Positions 37,056 through 45,218 of a DNA stretch of 46,536 bases are shown piece after piece; the stretch's first letter is position 1, and every line of letters begins with the position of its first letter. The DNA lies in the IMG/VR virus record IMGVR_UViG_3300042347_000715, positions 1-46,536 of that record. The stretch is one strand, 5' to 3'. Made by a program: the position numbers and the translations under genes. The notes under the pieces were generated by a model that ran no database searches, was not told the origin of the DNA, and saw nothing but the letters and a program-made list of their open reading frames with translations. Origin of the DNA: a virus. Taxonomy: Duplodnaviria > Caudoviricetes.

Positions 37056-37248
37056 TCAACAACACATGGCTTTACTTGGGGCGTCAACCTCCTTGCAAAC
37101 ACGATGTCTGTATGCCTTACTTGGTTTACTAGCATTATTTTTTCCTGGGTATGTTACTTGGGCGTTTCTTAAAGCCATAAAGGATGCGATACAGCGACTT
37201 TCTTCCGCAGATCGCTCTGCATTGGCGAATACGCTAAAGCTGGACTAA
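37048..37248 (+). CDS. Small membrane protein (66 aa)
   Basis: Hydrophobic CLYALLGLLALFFPGYVTWAFL segment; locally low GC. Confidence 0.55.
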   Translation: MTDQQHMALLGASTSLQTRCLYALLGLLALFFPGYVTWAFLKAIKDAIQRLSSADRSALANTLKLD

Positions 37249-37412
37249 TGAGGCACTGGTGGCGGATTGTCGCCAAGGCGTTGGGTGAGAAGGCGCACCA
37301 GCACAATCGGATCGCTGATCAGGTTGCACTGGTGCGTTTTTGTATCTTGGCGGCCTACATGACTACCAACATTTTCATTTGCGCGGGAGTTATCCGGCAT
37401 TGGAACAACTGA
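37248..37412 (+). CDS. Small cyanophage-type membrane protein (54 aa)
   Basis: Manual translation MRHWWRIVAKALGEKAHQHNRIADQVALVRFCILAAYMTTNIFICAGVIRHWNN*; I recall the W..ALGEK...AD..A..R...N.FI.AG.IRHW pattern from cyanophage ORFs (not database-checked). Confidence 0.7.
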   Translation: MRHWWRIVAKALGEKAHQHNRIADQVALVRFCILAAYMTTNIFICAGVIRHWNN

Positions 37413-37425
37413 CTGCTACTGACTC

Positions 37426-37617
37426 ATGGTTACTACTAAACCTTTCAAACGCGGGGAGGAAAATTTCGCCGCGATTCTTACGCCGGAACTTGTACAGAAA
37501 ATGCGCAGACTACAAGCAGAAGGATGGTCTTACCGAAAACTCGCGGATGAGTTTGATGTTGATCCAAAGCACGCTTGGCGTATTTGTAAAAGGATCGCTT
37601 GGAGCTGGGTTGACTGA
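37426..37617 (+). CDS. Stand-alone HTH protein (63 aa)
   Basis: RGEEN..AILT...V..MR....G.SYRKLADEFDV...W motif. Confidence 0.7.
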   Translation: MVTTKPFKRGEENFAAILTPELVQKMRRLQAEGWSYRKLADEFDVDPKHAWRICKRIAWSWVD

Positions 37618-37826
37618 TGCGGTGCGCTAATTGTGATCACGAGCGGATTGATGTGGATCGCACTTGCCACGACACCGCTGAATCAATACTCCGCAAAAGA
37701 AAATGTTCTAATTGCGGGTACTCTGTTTTTACTGTTGAGGTAGAGCTGCCGCAGGGAGCTGCAATGCACTCTCGTAGGCATCTTCTTCGGCGTTTACCTG
37801 GATTTTTACGAGTTCATTTTTCGTGA
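37617..37826 (+). CDS. NrdR-like N-terminal zinc-ribbon protein (69 aa)
   Basis: MRCANC...V..T......ILRKRKCSNCG..VFTVE matches the NrdR Zn-ribbon pattern; no ATP-cone. Confidence 0.7.
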   Translation: MRCANCDHERIDVDRTCHDTAESILRKRKCSNCGYSVFTVEVELPQGAAMHSRRHLLRRLPGFLRVHFS

Positions 37827-38101
37827 TGGCTATTTCGATCAACAGCAGGCCGTGCCAGCAGTGTGGCAAACAAACAACCAACTCAGTGATGTGTATGAAG
37901 TGCTATCGCTCCAGTGCTGCAGGGTTACTGGAGATTCGCATGGAGAGGATTCGGCAGAGCTACAAGCCCCAGAAGGATGGGGGGCCGTGTCGGTGCTGTG
38001 TGCATTGGGACAAGCGGTGTTTGCTGGGACTTCCCGAGGGTGGGACACTCGCGGCAGCAGTGCTGTGCTCAGCGCGGGAGGTGGAAGACATGCTAGAGTA
38101 G
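37823..38101 (+). CDS. Cys-rich hypothetical protein
   Basis: Several CxxC motifs. Confidence 0.65.
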   Translation: MMAISINSRPCQQCGKQTTNSVMCMKCYRSSAAGLLEIRMERIRQSYKPQKDGGPCRCCVHWDKRCLLGLPEGGTLAAAVLCSAREVEDMLE

Positions 38102-38123
38102 TAGGGTACACGCCCCACCAGGC

Positions 38124-39950
38124 ATGACTATCCTCCAAGGCATCGAGCACCTCCACACGCTCGATGGTGCTTCATTTGTTGCGTTTGACGTTGAGACCAC
38201 TGGGCTTCAGCCGAAGTTCGGCGGTCTTCGCCTTTTGCAGTTGGCGACCTTCGGTAAGTCTCCAGTTGTGCTGGATTGCTGGAGCTTCAGCGATGAGGAC
38301 TGGATCACGCTGGAAGAGTTCTGCAGCGTTCCAAGGCAGTGGCTGGCGCACAATGCTGTTTTTGATCTGGGTTGGCTACAGGAACATGAAATTTATCCAG
38401 AAGGAAAGGTTTTTTGTTCGATGCTGGCTAGTCGGATTTTGACGAACGGGCTGCCGAATTTGAAGCACGGGCTCCAGCACGTTGTGCATCGCTACCTTGG
38501 GCAGGACATTTCAAAGGAAGAGCAAAAGAGCGACTGGTCGGGTGACTTGCGCGTGGAGCAAATCGAGTATGCGGCCAAGGATGTGGTGGTGTTGACCCAG
38601 CTGTGGGAGCAGATAACCAAGCGGATGGCAACTGGTGCCTTGATGCCAGCGTGGGAGCTGGAGTGCAAGGCACTTCCAGCAATGGCGCAATTATGGAGAA
38701 CCGGGCTTCCCTTTAATAAGGAATCGCTTATTAAACTTATCGAAGATTTGGATATTGAGCACCACGAGGTAGGTGAGAAGTTCATTGAGGACTTTGATGC
38801 TGCATTGCCGGAAGGACACAAACTGTGTCGCGGGCTTGATGGGAAGTTGTTGTACCAGACAAAGCCTGGACCGAAAGGTAAGAAAGTAGACCCTAACGTC
38901 TTCAACCTCAATAGTCCTGCACAGCTGCTTAAAAAGTTCACCGCGTTGCTTGGTGAGCCACCGATGGATATGAAGAACGGGAAGCCGAGTGCCAGTCGTT
39001 CTGCGCTCCAGGAATATGTGGGTGATCACAAGGTTGTGGCGGATTACTTGCGGTGGAAGAAAGTAGAAAAACGTAGACAGATGGCGGAAACGTTACTGAA
39101 AAACTATTCGGAGGATGGGTTTATTCGTGCCAGCTATATGCAGCTTGGGGCTGATACGGGGCGCATGTCGTGTATTTCGCCAAATCTGCAGCAGGTGCCG
39201 AGGGATTCGCGGTTTAGAGCTGCGGTGCAAGCTCCAGCTGGCTGGAAGCTGGTTGTTGCGGACTACGGGCAGATGGAGTTGAGGCTTGCGGCGGCAGAAG
39301 CACAGGATCCTTTAATGACGGAGGTGTTCCAGCAGGGGAAGGATCTCCATACGATGACGGCGACGCAGATTTATGGGGTTGCGGAGGATGAGGTTAAGAA
39401 GGAACAGCGGCAAATCGCAAAGTCGGCAAACTTCGGATTGTTATACGGAAGTGGCGCAAAAGGGCTTAGGAATTATGCGGCAGCAACCGGAATCCAGATG
39501 GATCTTGATGAGGCGGCGGAGGTGCGACAAAAGTTCCATGCTGCATATAAAGGCATCTCCGCATGGCAGCGTAAGAATGCTGCAGCTGCTGATGCGGCTA
39601 AGGACAATCCATCTATCCGCATACGCATCTCGGGCCTGCGGCGGTTTTTACCGGGTGAGCACAACAAGCTCACCACGCGCTGCAATACTCCCATCCAAGG
39701 AGCTGGTGCAGCAGTCCTCAAACTTACGCTCGGCAAACTGTGGCCGTTACTCAAGTCCGACGGGGAGGACGTGGTGCGTTTGGCCGGCGTGGTGCATGAC
39801 GAAATCATCCTGCTCGTCAGAGAAGAACACGCAGACACCTGGGCGCTCCAGTTGCAAACCGTGATGGAGGAAGCTGAAGCTCGTTGGTTGGGCGAAATTC
39901 CGCCGCTTGCTGAAGCTAAGGTCGGGGATAGCTGGCAAGAGGCCAAGTGA
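38124..39950 (+). CDS. polA: Family A DNA polymerase with 3'-5' exonuclease (608 aa)
   Basis: Exo I AFDVETTG, Exo II HNAVFD, Exo III YAAKD; TGRMSC..PNLQQ; motif A ADYGQMELR; motif B RQIAKSANFGLLYG; motif C VHDEI. Confidence 0.96.
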   Translation: MTILQGIEHLHTLDGASFVAFDVETTGLQPKFGGLRLLQLATFGKSPVVLDCWSFSDEDWITLEEFCSVPRQWLAHNAVFDLGWLQEHEIYPEGKVFCSMLASRILTNGLPNLKHGLQHVVHRYLGQDISKEEQKSDWSGDLRVEQIEYAAKDVVVLTQLWEQITKRMATGALMPAWELECKALPAMAQLWRTGLPFNKESLIKLIEDLDIEHHEVGEKFIEDFDAALPEGHKLCRGLDGKLLYQTKPGPKGKKVDPNVFNLNSPAQLLKKFTALLGEPPMDMKNGKPSASRSALQEYVGDHKVVADYLRWKKVEKRRQMAETLLKNYSEDGFIRASYMQLGADTGRMSCISPNLQQVPRDSRFRAAVQAPAGWKLVVADYGQMELRLAAAEAQDPLMTEVFQQGKDLHTMTATQIYGVAEDEVKKEQRQIAKSANFGLLYGSGAKGLRNYAAATGIQMDLDEAAEVRQKFHAAYKGISAWQRKNAAAADAAKDNPSIRIRISGLRRFLPGEHNKLTTRCNTPIQGAGAAVLKLTLGKLWPLLKSDGEDVVRLAGVVHDEIILLVREEHADTWALQLQTVMEEAEARWLGEIPPLAEAKVGDSWQEAK

Positions 39951-40117
39951 TCCAGGAGGATTTTGAGTACCGCGTTCGGATGCACGCGCGTCACGGTGGT
40001 ACTCATGATCTGTTCATCGTTGCTCCAGATGCTTTCTCCGCACGGATGAAGGCACTGGAGCTTTGTCCTGAGCATCGCCCACAGTCGGTGATGCGAGTCT
40101 CAGATTGTGTCTCATGA
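39947..40117 (+). CDS. Hypothetical protein (56 aa)
   Basis: Manual translation from GTG 39947 (GTGA overlap) to TGA 40117 (ATGA overlap). Confidence 0.65.
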   Translation: MIQEDFEYRVRMHARHGGTHDLFIVAPDAFSARMKALELCPEHRPQSVMRVSDCVS

Positions 40118-40323
40118 GTCGCGCCCGCACGGGAAGAGAGTTGGTGATGGAGTGGTTGATGCGGGAGATTCGTGCGGCGAAGACGGCGGATTTGCAGCGG
40201 GCTGCGGCGTTTTTGGAATGGGCGCGGGATGTGCGTAAGGGGTGCTCCAAACAGAGGGGTGGGGCGCGGGTGGCGCAGTCCAATGCGTGGCGCAAGCGGG
40301 TGGATGACGATGTGCGGTGGTGA
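40114..40323 (+). CDS. Hypothetical basic protein (69 aa)
   Basis: ATGA-coupled ORF. Confidence 0.65.
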   Translation: MSRARTGRELVMEWLMREIRAAKTADLQRAAAFLEWARDVRKGCSKQRGGARVAQSNAWRKRVDDDVRW

Positions 40324-40372
40324 GACTACTGTGACGCAGTATGCTACTGTGTAGCAGACTAGACCGCAGGCC

Positions 40373-40642
40373 ATGCCCCTGAACCACGGAAACAAGTACT
40401 ACTGCCAGCTGTTGATTGACCCCAATCGCTACAAGCTGGCGGAGAATCTTGCGTCCCAGGAAGGCAAGAAGGTTACGGCGTACTTGCGGGAGCTGGTGTA
40501 CGCAGGTTTGGCGTTGAGGTCGTCTGAGTACAAGAGTGCGCAGGAGGCGGATGAGGCGGCGTGGAGAGATTCGGTGAAGCGGCGAGTGGAGGGGCGGATG
40601 CGTTCCAAGCAAGAGGGCAAAGTGTCAGAAACTGACGCATGA
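40373..40642 (+). CDS. RHH-like hypothetical protein (89 aa)
   Basis: YCQLLID...LAENLASQEGKKVTAYLRELV pattern. Confidence 0.6.
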   Translation: MPLNHGNKYYCQLLIDPNRYKLAENLASQEGKKVTAYLRELVYAGLALRSSEYKSAQEADEAAWRDSVKRRVEGRMRSKQEGKVSETDA

Positions 40643-40719
40643 GACTCAGTTGTGTTTCGTGATATACCGACAGTTGCAGCGGGCAGCCTTTAAGCTTACA
40701 CAGTAGTCACTTGAGAGCA

Positions 40720-40935
40720 ATGACGCGCTATGTCGTCATGGTCGAGGATCGCTGGGTTACGGCGGTTTACGGCCCTGGTAAAGGAATCGGTCTCACCGGC
40801 GCCAAGGAGGATGCATCCTCGTGGGTCACATACGAACGGGCTGTCGCTGCGGCGCGAGTTGTTGCTGAGTGCACTAACAGTCCTGTTGCTGTGCATAGCG
40901 TTGATGAACCCACCTACCCCCGGTCATGGAAATAG
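40720..40935 (+). CDS. Hypothetical protein (71 aa)
   Basis: ORF, ATG 40720. Confidence 0.65.
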   Translation: MTRYVVMVEDRWVTAVYGPGKGIGLTGAKEDASSWVTYERAVAAARVVAECTNSPVAVHSVDEPTYPRSWK

Positions 40936-41249
40936 TGTCGTTCCAGGAACAGCAAGACCCCGACCTCAGGCTCGGTGAAGGTCGCTCTCGTACCAGCTCA
41001 GAGAAAGCTCGGTTGTTTGAGCTGAAGATTTGGTTGCCTGGGCAGGGGGCGATGCGGGATCTAGTGCGGGCTGAGTCGCTCCAGCAGGCGATTGAGTTTG
41101 CGCAGAATCGTTATCCGAACTGCAAGGTCGAGGTGCCGGCAACGGCAGCTAAAAAACCTAAGCTGGCTCGTGCCAAAAATGGGCCGCGTGAAGCTGCCCG
41201 GCGTCGTCTCAAACTCGTGGAGAAAAAAGGTGAATCAACCGATCGCTGA
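40926..41249 (+). CDS. Hypothetical protein (107 aa)
   Basis: ORF in operon. Confidence 0.65.
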   Translation: MEIVSFQEQQDPDLRLGEGRSRTSSEKARLFELKIWLPGQGAMRDLVRAESLQQAIEFAQNRYPNCKVEVPATAAKKPKLARAKNGPREAARRRLKLVEKKGESTDR

Positions 41250-41400
41250 CTGGGCACGCCAGAGCTGGGGTCGAATCATCGTCGACCAGAATCGCGCTGA
41301 CCTTCTCGACAGGCTGTATTTTTGGGACGGACGGGACAAAAAGGACCACCCGCTGCATAGCACCTACACGGGGTTGTACCAGAAGTACAACATCAACTAG
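41230..41400 (+). CDS. Hypothetical protein (56 aa)
   Basis: GTG 41230; LDRLY..DGR....HP.H.TYTGLY motif. Confidence 0.65.
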   Translation: MNQPIADWARQSWGRIIVDQNRADLLDRLYFWDGRDKKDHPLHSTYTGLYQKYNIN

Positions 41401-41618
41401 GCGGAATCGCGGTCCATACCAAACTGATCGGCTAGGTTGTCTGCGGCTTCGCGGATAGCCCAGGCCGATTTTGTGCGTTCCAGCTGGTGGAGAGTGTTTA
41501 GGACAAGGGCGGCTTCCAGCAGGCCGCGATAGTCTTGTTTGTTGAACAGGCTGACTAGCCACTGGTCCGTGGCTGCCTTGTGGAAGCTGGACTCGGGGCT
41601 GTGTTCGATGGGGCGCAT
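41397..41618 (-). CDS. Hypothetical protein (73 aa)
   Basis: Follows the endolysin; stop overlaps the convergent plus-strand gene. Confidence 0.65.
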   Translation of the reverse strand: MRPIEHSPESSFHKAATDQWLVSLFNKQDYRGLLEAALVLNTLHQLERTKSAWAIREAADNLADQFGMDRDSA

Positions 41619-41620
41619 GG

Positions 41621-42748
41621 CTAGTTTTTGCGGATTCGCATGAACCAGCCTGTGTCGTTGCCTTCGATGAGCCAGCGCGGGAGCCAGTTTTTGCGGGAAT
41701 AAGCGATGTTGGCGCCTCCCTTATTGCTGATGTATCCACCGTTGACTAGATCCGCCTCACCAAAAGGATCTAGATGTATGAAATGCGTCGGGGTATAACC
41801 GGCAACTACGGTCCAGTGACCTGTGCCGCTGGGTTTTGCTATGGGTCCTTTGTGGAGCCAGCCGGTTGGAACTGGGCGACCGCTGGCGATTTCGTTTTCG
41901 AGATCTTCGACTGTGCCATCCATCTCAAAGGTGGCGGTTAGTCCCAGTGCTTTGAGGGCGGCGATTTGCGCTTTTGGGTCGGTGGTGTCGCCAAAACGGG
42001 CACGTAAAGCATTGTACTCATAATCGCCATTTACTTTTCCGTAATAACGGGCCACCATTGCACAACTAGAACTAAAGCACTGGCGATAACCTTTGGGACC
42101 GTCATCAGAACCTAGCTGGTACTCGTATGGAACTTTTAGTAGTTTTTGATCTGGTGGAACGGCAGGTTTAGCTCCAGCGTGCTGTTCCATCAGCCGAATC
42201 AACTTCTCCGGGTATGTAGGGTCTGTTGCGTAACCTTCTTTGTGTAACCACTTAGCAGCTTCTTCGCGGGTAACTGCGTTATTACAACCTTTGTAGTTCT
42301 TGTAATCCTTGTACCAGTGGTCTACAAGGTACATCACGCAAGACAGCAGATCGGGGAAGTCGATGAAGCTGTCGGTGATTGTGACCCATTGATTGTTGAT
42401 AAATTCTTGTGTTTTCTTGTCGCTGCCTTCGCCTTTCAGGCCGAAGAAGTTGTTTCTGCCGGATACAAGTTTTCCGTAGTTGGATTCCAAAGCCCATTGG
42501 GCGGCGACGAGTTCTGGGAATTTGGCGCCAGCGGCGCGGGCGGCTTCGAGGATTCCTTCCCAGCTGTTGGGAAAGCTGGTTTGCTTGCCGGCGACAGCCC
42601 AAGTCTTGAACCAGCCCTGGTCGCGGCCCAAGATGTGCGGGTTGGCCTTGTTGATGGCGCCTTCCAGTTCGGTAAGGGCCGCCATTTGGTGAGGCAGTCC
42701 TTTGTAGAACCGAAATAGGTCGATCAGTCGGATCGTGTTTTGCGCCAT
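41621..42748 (-). CDS. Endolysin: GH73 glucosaminidase plus C39-like cysteine peptidase
   Basis: AAQWALES, NNFFGLKG, GYATDP.Y..KL (GH73); QCFSSSCAM, GHWTVVAGY, DPFG (C39-like). Confidence 0.88.
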   Translation of the reverse strand: MAQNTIRLIDLFRFYKGLPHQMAALTELEGAINKANPHILGRDQGWFKTWAVAGKQTSFPNSWEGILEAARAAGAKFPELVAAQWALESNYGKLVSGRNNFFGLKGEGSDKKTQEFINNQWVTITDSFIDFPDLLSCVMYLVDHWYKDYKNYKGCNNAVTREEAAKWLHKEGYATDPTYPEKLIRLMEQHAGAKPAVPPDQKLLKVPYEYQLGSDDGPKGYRQCFSSSCAMVARYYGKVNGDYEYNALRARFGDTTDPKAQIAALKALGLTATFEMDGTVEDLENEIASGRPVPTGWLHKGPIAKPSGTGHWTVVAGYTPTHFIHLDPFGEADLVNGGYISNKGGANIAYSRKNWLPRWLIEGNDTGWFMRIRKN

Positions 42749-42797
42749 TGCCGCCTCCTGCGTTGTTGTTTGGGGCGCCGCCGTTTTGGGGCGGCGG

Positions 42798-42935
42798 TCA
42801 GCGCTTTGGGAAAATCACCTTTAGCGCTTTGAGTACCAGCTGGATCCAGCTGTTTTCTTTAATGGGAAGTAGGGCGATCACCTCGGAGCCGGCGGCCACG
42901 ATGATGGCGATGGTTGCTGCCGTGGTCGGATCCAT
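42798..42935 (-). CDS. Small holin-like membrane protein (45 aa)
   Basis: Manual translation MDPTTAATIAIIVAAGSEVIALLPIKENSWIQLVLKALKVIFPKR*; directly upstream of the endolysin. Confidence 0.65.
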   Translation of the reverse strand: MDPTTAATIAIIVAAGSEVIALLPIKENSWIQLVLKALKVIFPKR

Positions 42936-43034
42936 GCGAAATAGGGAATCTGCAGGAAGTTTAGCTGTACTAGACAAGAGTTCCTGCGCACGTAAGAGTT
43001 TCTACCGCTACATTCCGTGTAGCCACTGCTGGGT

Positions 43035-43355
43035 ATGGACCATCGGATTGAGGATGGCGAATACTTAAACAAGAAGGAAGCAAAAGCGAGATTTAGACAA
43101 TCAATTCTTAAACAGTGGGGCAATTCGTGCGCCTATTGCGGTACGGATTTGGGACGTTCTGCCACGCTGGATCATGTGCACCCGAAAATTCGGGGTGGGC
43201 ATACGCACCAGCAGAATTTGGTGGCGTGCTGTTTTGCGTGCAATATCTCAAAGTCAGCGGAAGACTGGCTGGAGTGGTACAGGGACCAGCCGTTCTGGGA
43301 GCCGCATCGGGAGGATGCGATTATTACGTGGATTACTGAGGGACTTGTTGCTTAG
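43035..43355 (+). CDS. HNH endonuclease (McrA-like, 106 aa)
   Basis: CAYCG...TLDHVHP...GG.....NLVACCFACN.SK. Confidence 0.9.
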   Translation: MDHRIEDGEYLNKKEAKARFRQSILKQWGNSCAYCGTDLGRSATLDHVHPKIRGGHTHQQNLVACCFACNISKSAEDWLEWYRDQPFWEPHREDAIITWITEGLVA

Positions 43356-43518
43356 GGTCCCAGCCCATGCCTTCGAGGTACATCATTGCGATGTAGTGAT
43401 CTTCGGCGTAGCGGCAGATGCTGTTTTTGCAGGCACGGTAGTAGAGTTCGCCGCGTTCGTTTTCCAGCTGATCCAGGCTGAAGCCGTTGCCGTAGTCGGT
43501 GGTGTTGACGACGCTCAT
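43333..43518 (-). CDS. Hypothetical protein (61 aa)
   Basis: ATGA-coupled to the upstream gene. Confidence 0.65.
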   Translation of the reverse strand: MSVVNTTDYGNGFSLDQLENERGELYYRACKNSICRYAEDHYIAMMYLEGMGWDPKQQVPQ

Positions 43519-43766
43519 TTTTTGCTGCCGACGGTCATTTCGATGTGGCGCACGCGGGTTTCGAGATCGGTGAGCCGTTCTTTGGAGTCGTTTTTGAGTT
43601 CTTGGATGTCGGCAGCGACGGTGCTGACGGACTGGTCCAGCTTGGCGACTTGCATAAAAAGGCCAGCTAAACCGACCACCGCAGCGGTCAGTAGAGCTGG
43701 CACGATTTGGTTGAAGGGGTTGTCAGGTGGTTTGGCAGTGATTAGCGCCTCTTCGTGGTGATCCAT
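43515..43766 (-). CDS. Membrane-anchored coiled-coil protein (lysis-module-like, 83 aa)
   Basis: IVPALLTAAVVGLAGLFM transmembrane segment then coiled coil. Confidence 0.65.
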   Translation of the reverse strand: MDHHEEALITAKPPDNPFNQIVPALLTAAVVGLAGLFMQVAKLDQSVSTVAADIQELKNDSKERLTDLETRVRHIEMTVGSKK

Positions 43767-43797
43767 TGCGAGGCATACTGCCGACCTTTTTACTAAT

Positions 43798-43935
43798 TTA
43801 GCGGCCTTGGCCGACCAGTTTTTTCTTGCCGCGACGGCGTGGACGGCTGTGTTGGCCGTAACCCTGACTGGTTGTTTTGGGGCGGCCGGCTTTGTGGTCG
43901 ACGCGCCCCAGGGCTGTTTTGCTTTTGACTGCCAT
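43798..43935 (-). CDS. Small basic protein (45 aa)
   Basis: Manual translation MAVKSKTALGRVDHKAGRPKTTSQGYGQHSRPRRRGKKKLVGQGR*. Confidence 0.75.
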   Translation of the reverse strand: MAVKSKTALGRVDHKAGRPKTTSQGYGQHSRPRRRGKKKLVGQGR

Positions 43936-44042
43936 TACCAATAATGGTCTTGCCAATCAGAAGTATGGCACCACTGCCAAATCATGCCTGCAAGAATCAG
44001 GCAGATTAGTAGGAGTGCCAAGGCAACGATCAGGATGCCCAA
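43935..44042 (-). CDS. Single-TM micropeptide (35 aa)
   Basis: From TTG 44042: MGILIVALALLLICLILAGMIWQWCHTSDWQDHYW*; TAATG coupling to the next gene. Confidence 0.5.
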   Translation of the reverse strand: MGILIVALALLLICLILAGMIWQWCHTSDWQDHYW

Positions 44043-44341
44043 GGCACACCAGCCGCTTTAGACGGATGGCGCTGCTCGTCGATTTGAGCCTGCAGGGCAG
44101 CTTCGATCTCGGCAATTTTTTCGTCACCGCCTAGGGCTTCCTTGACCCAGCCGATCACAGTTGGCTCGTCGAGTTGGTTGTACGGGATCAGGTTGTCGGG
44201 GCGCTGAAAGCCGATGCTGCCATATGCGCCAGAGGAATATGCCTCATCTGAGGCATTGACGGTGTAGTGGGCCGTAAACACAAAGCCGTCGTCGGTTTCG
44301 CGTTCAAGGGTGTTGATACCCCACGTAAAGGTGGTGGCCAT
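44030..44341 (-). CDS. Tail-fibre-associated protein (103 aa)
   Basis: TFTW.I..LER...DG.V...HY.V...IPY..L.E..VIGWV...LG...G.PW, a family I recall following S74 tail fibres (not database-checked). Confidence 0.7.
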   Translation of the reverse strand: MATTFTWGINTLERETDDGFVFTAHYTVNASDEAYSSGAYGSIGFQRPDNLIPYNQLDEPTVIGWVKEALGGDEKIAEIEAALQAQIDEQRHPSKAAGVPWAS

Positions 44342-44407
44342 GATGAAGAACCAGACTATGACAGAGTAGGAGGGTTACAGCCAGTTGGGAAGGGTCGGCT
44401 GTCCACC

Positions 44408-44424
44408 CTAGAGAAGGTGACTAC
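44408..44424 (-). repeat. 17-bp stop-codon-linked motif, site E (GTAGTCACCTTCTCTAG)
   Basis: Contains the TAG stop of 44421..44669; matches sites at 45408 and 45811. Confidence 0.65.
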
Positions 44425-44669
44425 TGGGCTTCAAGCTCGTCGGCGATGGCGAGGAGTTGGTAGCGAGTGAGCTGTGTCTGGTGTTGCATCCCCCAGACCA
44501 TTGCCTCCCTTCGACTTTCAAGATCTTCCTGGGGTGCGACATCGGCAAGTGGCACCACTTGATCCGCAGCAGCTCGCAGGGCGGCGGCAATGTGCAACTG
44601 CACGATTCGAGACCCAGCACAGTTGCTGGCAGTAATCACCGCCTGCGCGGCGGAGGAAAGTTCAGACAT
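44421..44669 (-). CDS. Accessory protein (82 aa; AAQAV...AAALRAAADQV...LLAIADELE)
   Basis: ORF ending in site E. Confidence 0.75.
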   Translation of the reverse strand: MSELSSAAQAVITASNCAGSRIVQLHIAAALRAAADQVVPLADVAPQEDLESRREAMVWGMQHQTQLTRYQLLAIADELEAQ

Positions 44670-44761
44670 GGAAATTGAGACGGGTCGTAAGCGGGCAAGT
44701 ATTAGCTGATTCCTGTTTTCAGGTAATACATGCTGATACCTGCCGTGTGCTACAGTGCTGG

Positions 44762-44839
44762 GGCTGATCAGAAAGCAGCAAAGCGACTGGAGTGAGATCC
44801 AGTTGCAAGAGCGGTGGGGGTGACATCCTGCCGCTTTTT
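44762..44839 (+). ncRNA. Candidate three-hairpin sRNA antisense to the accessory array
   Basis: Extended -10 GTGTGCTACAGT (44745-44756); hairpins GCTG/CAGC, GCGACTGGA/TCCAGTTGC and a terminator with GUGA loop and T5. Confidence 0.5.
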
Positions 44840-44846
44840 AATGCTT

Positions 44847-45197
44847 TTAACACTGAGAAGGAAATACGACAATGCTGTCGGGCAGTGCCTCCAATGCGCG
44901 GCGGATGGTGTCGCTGTCGCCAGGCTTGTCAGTTCCAGCGTCGATGGCGTTGATTGCCAGCAGCGCCTGCTTTTTCAAGCTCGGCGGCTTGGAGCGGCGG
45001 GCGGCGCGGAGTGCATTGATGTAGTTGGTCGGCGTCTCGTCCGCCATCCATTCACAACACGCCTCCAGCTCCTGATCTGCGCCCCATTGGGCGGCGCGGG
45101 TGGCGATGCGGCTGATCACATTTGGGCCGCCTTCGTCAGTATCAATCCACTCGCCAATCAGCTCATCTGACGGGGTGATGGGATGTTGTTGTGTCAT
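44847..45197 (-). CDS. HPITP-family accessory protein, paralog 3 (116 aa)
   Basis: HPITP, AAQWGADQELEACCEW, LRAARRSKPPS shared with 33490 and 33999. Confidence 0.8.
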   Translation of the reverse strand: MTQQHPITPSDELIGEWIDTDEGGPNVISRIATRAAQWGADQELEACCEWMADETPTNYINALRAARRSKPPSLKKQALLAINAIDAGTDKPGDSDTIRRALEALPDSIVVFPSQC

Positions 45198-45218
45198 GGG
45201 TGATTAGGAAGCGACTTG

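Noticed and set aside
30259-41400. Lysogeny module or auxiliary photosynthesis genes
   Set aside because: No integrase, CI-like repressor, psbA or hli motifs in any ORF
44761-44780. Hammerhead ribozyme core (CTGATCA-GAAA)
   Set aside because: CUGAUCA does not match CUGANGA and there is no stem II before GAAA
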